Origin: Isurus oxyrinchus
Taxonomy: Eukaryota
DNA length: 64,000 nucleotides
Assembly: GCA_026770705.1 (NCBI GenBank)
Contig: JANJGN010000016.1
Coordinates: forward strand, 87,544,001 to 87,608,000
Direction of reading: 5' to 3'
A model generated the notes under the pieces. The model was not told the DNA's origin. It did no database searches and saw only the letters and a list, made by a program, of their open reading frames with translations. Made by a program: the position numbers and the translations under genes. Position 1 is the stretch's first letter; every line of letters begins with the position of its first letter. This document shows, in pieces, positions 61,701-64,000 of the stretch.

Positions 61701-64000
61701 GGGAGGGGTGAGCGATGCCATGGGTGGGGGGTGGGTGATGCCGGGGTTGAGGGGGTGGGTGATGCCTGGGGTGGCGTGGTAGTCTTTGCCGGCTATAGGA
61801 GGGGTGGGTGATGCCATGGATGAGGTTTGGGTGATGCCGGGGTGGAGGGGGTGGGTGATGCCGGAGGTGGGGGCGTGGGTGAAACCGTGGGTGGGGGGGT
61901 TGGGTGATGCCGGTGGTGGGCGTGTGGATGATGCAGAGGATGGGGGGGTGGGTGATGCCATGGTTGGGGGGGTAGGTGCTGCTTGGGATGGGGGGGTGGG
62001 GGAATAGGTGATGTCGAGTGTGGAGGGGGTGGGTGGTGCCGGGGGTGAGGGGGTGGGTGATGCCGGGGGTGGGATGGTGGGTAATGCCGGGGCTGGGGGA
62101 ATAGGCGATGCCAGTGGGTGGTGGGGTGGTTGATGTCGTTGGTGCAGGTGTGTGTGATACCGGGGTTGTGGGCGTGGGTGACGCCTGGGGTAGGGTGTGG
62201 GTGATGTCGGGGGTGGGGGCATGGTTGATGCCTGGGATGGGGGCCTGGGTGATGCCGGGGGTGGGGGAGTGGGTAATGCCAGAGGTGGGAGTGTGGGTGA
62301 TGCTGGTGGTGGGGGTTGGGTGTTGCCTGGGGTGGGGGTTGTTTGATGCCAGGAGTGAGATGGTGGGTGATGCCATGGGTGGGGGTTGGCTGATGCTGGG
62401 GGTGGGGGTGAGGGACTCATGGGAGGGGTTTTGGGTGATGCTGGGGTTGAGGGAGTGGGTAATGCCGGGGTGGGGGGCTTGATAATGCCAGGTGTGGGGG
62501 AATGGGTGATGCCGGGCGTAAGGTGGTGATGATGCCCGGGTAGGGGGTGTGGGTGATGCCGGGAGTGGATGTGGGGTTTGTGGGTGATGCTCAGGGTGGT
62601 GGGGTGGGTGACGCCGGGAGTGACTGATACCAGTGTTGGCTGTGTGTGTGTGGCTGGGTGTGGGGGTGGTGGGTGATGCCATGGGTGGGGGAGTGGTTGA
62701 TGCAGGGGCTGCAGTGGTGGGTGACGCCCAGTGTAGTGTGTTGGGTGATGCCAGAGGTGGTGTTGGTGGTTGATGCCGGAGGTGGGTGTGCGGATGATGC
62801 CGTGGGTGGGGTGCCAGGTAATGCCGAAGGTGGGGGTGGGTAATGCCTGTGGTGGGTGATGCCAGGGTTGGGGGTTGCGTGGTGCTGGGTGTGGGGTGGT
62901 GGTTGATTCCGGGGATGGGGTGGGTGGATGGTGGTGCGGGTGGGGGGGTGTGGATGATGCCAGGGATGGGAGGGGTGGGTGATGCCATAGATGGGGGGGT
63001 GGGGGATGCCGTGAGTTGGGGGGTGGGTGATGCTGGGGTTGGGGGTTGGTTGATGTCGGGGGTGGGGGGCTGGGTGATGCCGGTGGTGGGGGTGTGGGTG
63101 ATGCAGGGGATGGGGGAATAGGTGACGTTAGGGGTGTTGAGATGGGTGATGCCGGGCGTGAGGGAATGTGTGATGCCGGGGTTGTGGGTGTGAGTGACGC
63201 CTGGGGTAGGGTTGGGCGATGCTGAGGGTGGGGGTTGGTTGACGCCTAGGATGGGGGCCTAGGTGATGCCGGGGGTGGGGGAACGCGAAATGCCAGAGGT
63301 GGGGGTGTGGGTGATGCCGGTGGTGGGGGTTGGGTGATGCCGAGGTAGAGGGTGAGGGTGATGCCGGAATGTGGGTGGGGGTTTGGGTGATGCCGGGGCT
63401 GGTGGTATGGGTGATGCCGGGACTGTGTGATGCCAGTGTTGGCGGTGTGGGTGTTGCTGGGGGTGGGGGTGGTGGGTGATGCCGGAGTTGGTGGGGTCGA
63501 TGATGCCGGGAGTGGTGGGTGAGGGTAATGCCCATGCTGGAGGTGTGGGTGCTGCGGGGGGTGAGGGGGCATGTGATACCGGGGGTGGGGGCTGAGGGAG
63601 CCATGGGAGGGGGATTGGGTGATGCTGGGTTGAGGGAGTGGGTAATGCCGGAGGGTGGGGGGCTGGGTGATGCCGGGGTACGGGGTGTGGGTGATGCTGG
63701 GAGTGTGGGGTGTGGTTAATGCCCGTGTTGGGCGTTGGGTGTTGCTGGGGATGTGGGGGCAGGTGATACCGTGGGTGGGAGTGCTGGGTGATGCTGAGAC
63801 TGCTGGAGTGGGTGATGCCGGGGGTGGGGGTGGGTGATGCCGGGGGTGACGTGATGGGTGATGCTGGGGTTGAGGAGGTTGGTGATGCCGAGGTGAAGAG
63901 CGTGGGTGATGCCTGGGGTAGGGTGGTGGGTGATGCCGGGTGTGGGATGGTGGGTGATGCCGGGGGTGGGGGAATAGTTGATGCCGACAGTGGGGGGGTG
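58796..64000 (+). repeat. G-rich degenerate minisatellite (GGGTGATGCCGGGGGTGGGG-like, ~20-bp units), >5 kb, runs off the right edge
   Basis: A TGATGCC/TGATGCT core repeated between G runs, with extreme strand skew. Confidence 0.97.

Noticed and set aside
58480-62988. 1502-aa Pro/His-rich minus-strand ORF (extensin/mucin-like)
   Set aside because: Translation of the C-rich strand of a minisatellite fused to a LINE tail; several frames are open in parallel.

Overview
Eukaryotic DNA, almost certainly from a cartilaginous fish (shark). The only convincing host gene is one intact, unrearranged cluster-type immunoglobulin light-chain gene of the kappa class (nurse-shark NS4/type III-like) on the + strand. 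Its parts are a promoter (Ets-IRF element, variant octamer, TATA), leader exon 51871-51919, V exon 52106-52397 with a perfect 12-RSS, a 23-RSS plus J at 53500-53534, and C exon 56605-56933. The rest is repeats: a >21 kb array of a 36-bp satellite with higher-order structure and an inverted 1.3 kb copy at ~43.8-45.1 kb; CR1/L2 LINEs (one near full length); a decayed Gypsy pol whose RT sequence has seeded a 55-bp E-box-rich minisatellite; a ~1.1 kb two-LTR mini-element; SINEs; several minisatellites; a >5 kb G-rich array just 3' of the C exon; and two assembly gaps. The huge ORFs in the track are satellite artefacts. I cannot demonstrate a new biological system. The best leads are (i) a V/J junction whose precise join makes an in-frame stop, (ii) a retrotransposon-RT-derived E-box array, (iii) a switch-region-like G-rich array downstream of C, and (iv) a nested inverted-repeat architecture. 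Family assignments are from recalled motifs, not database searches.
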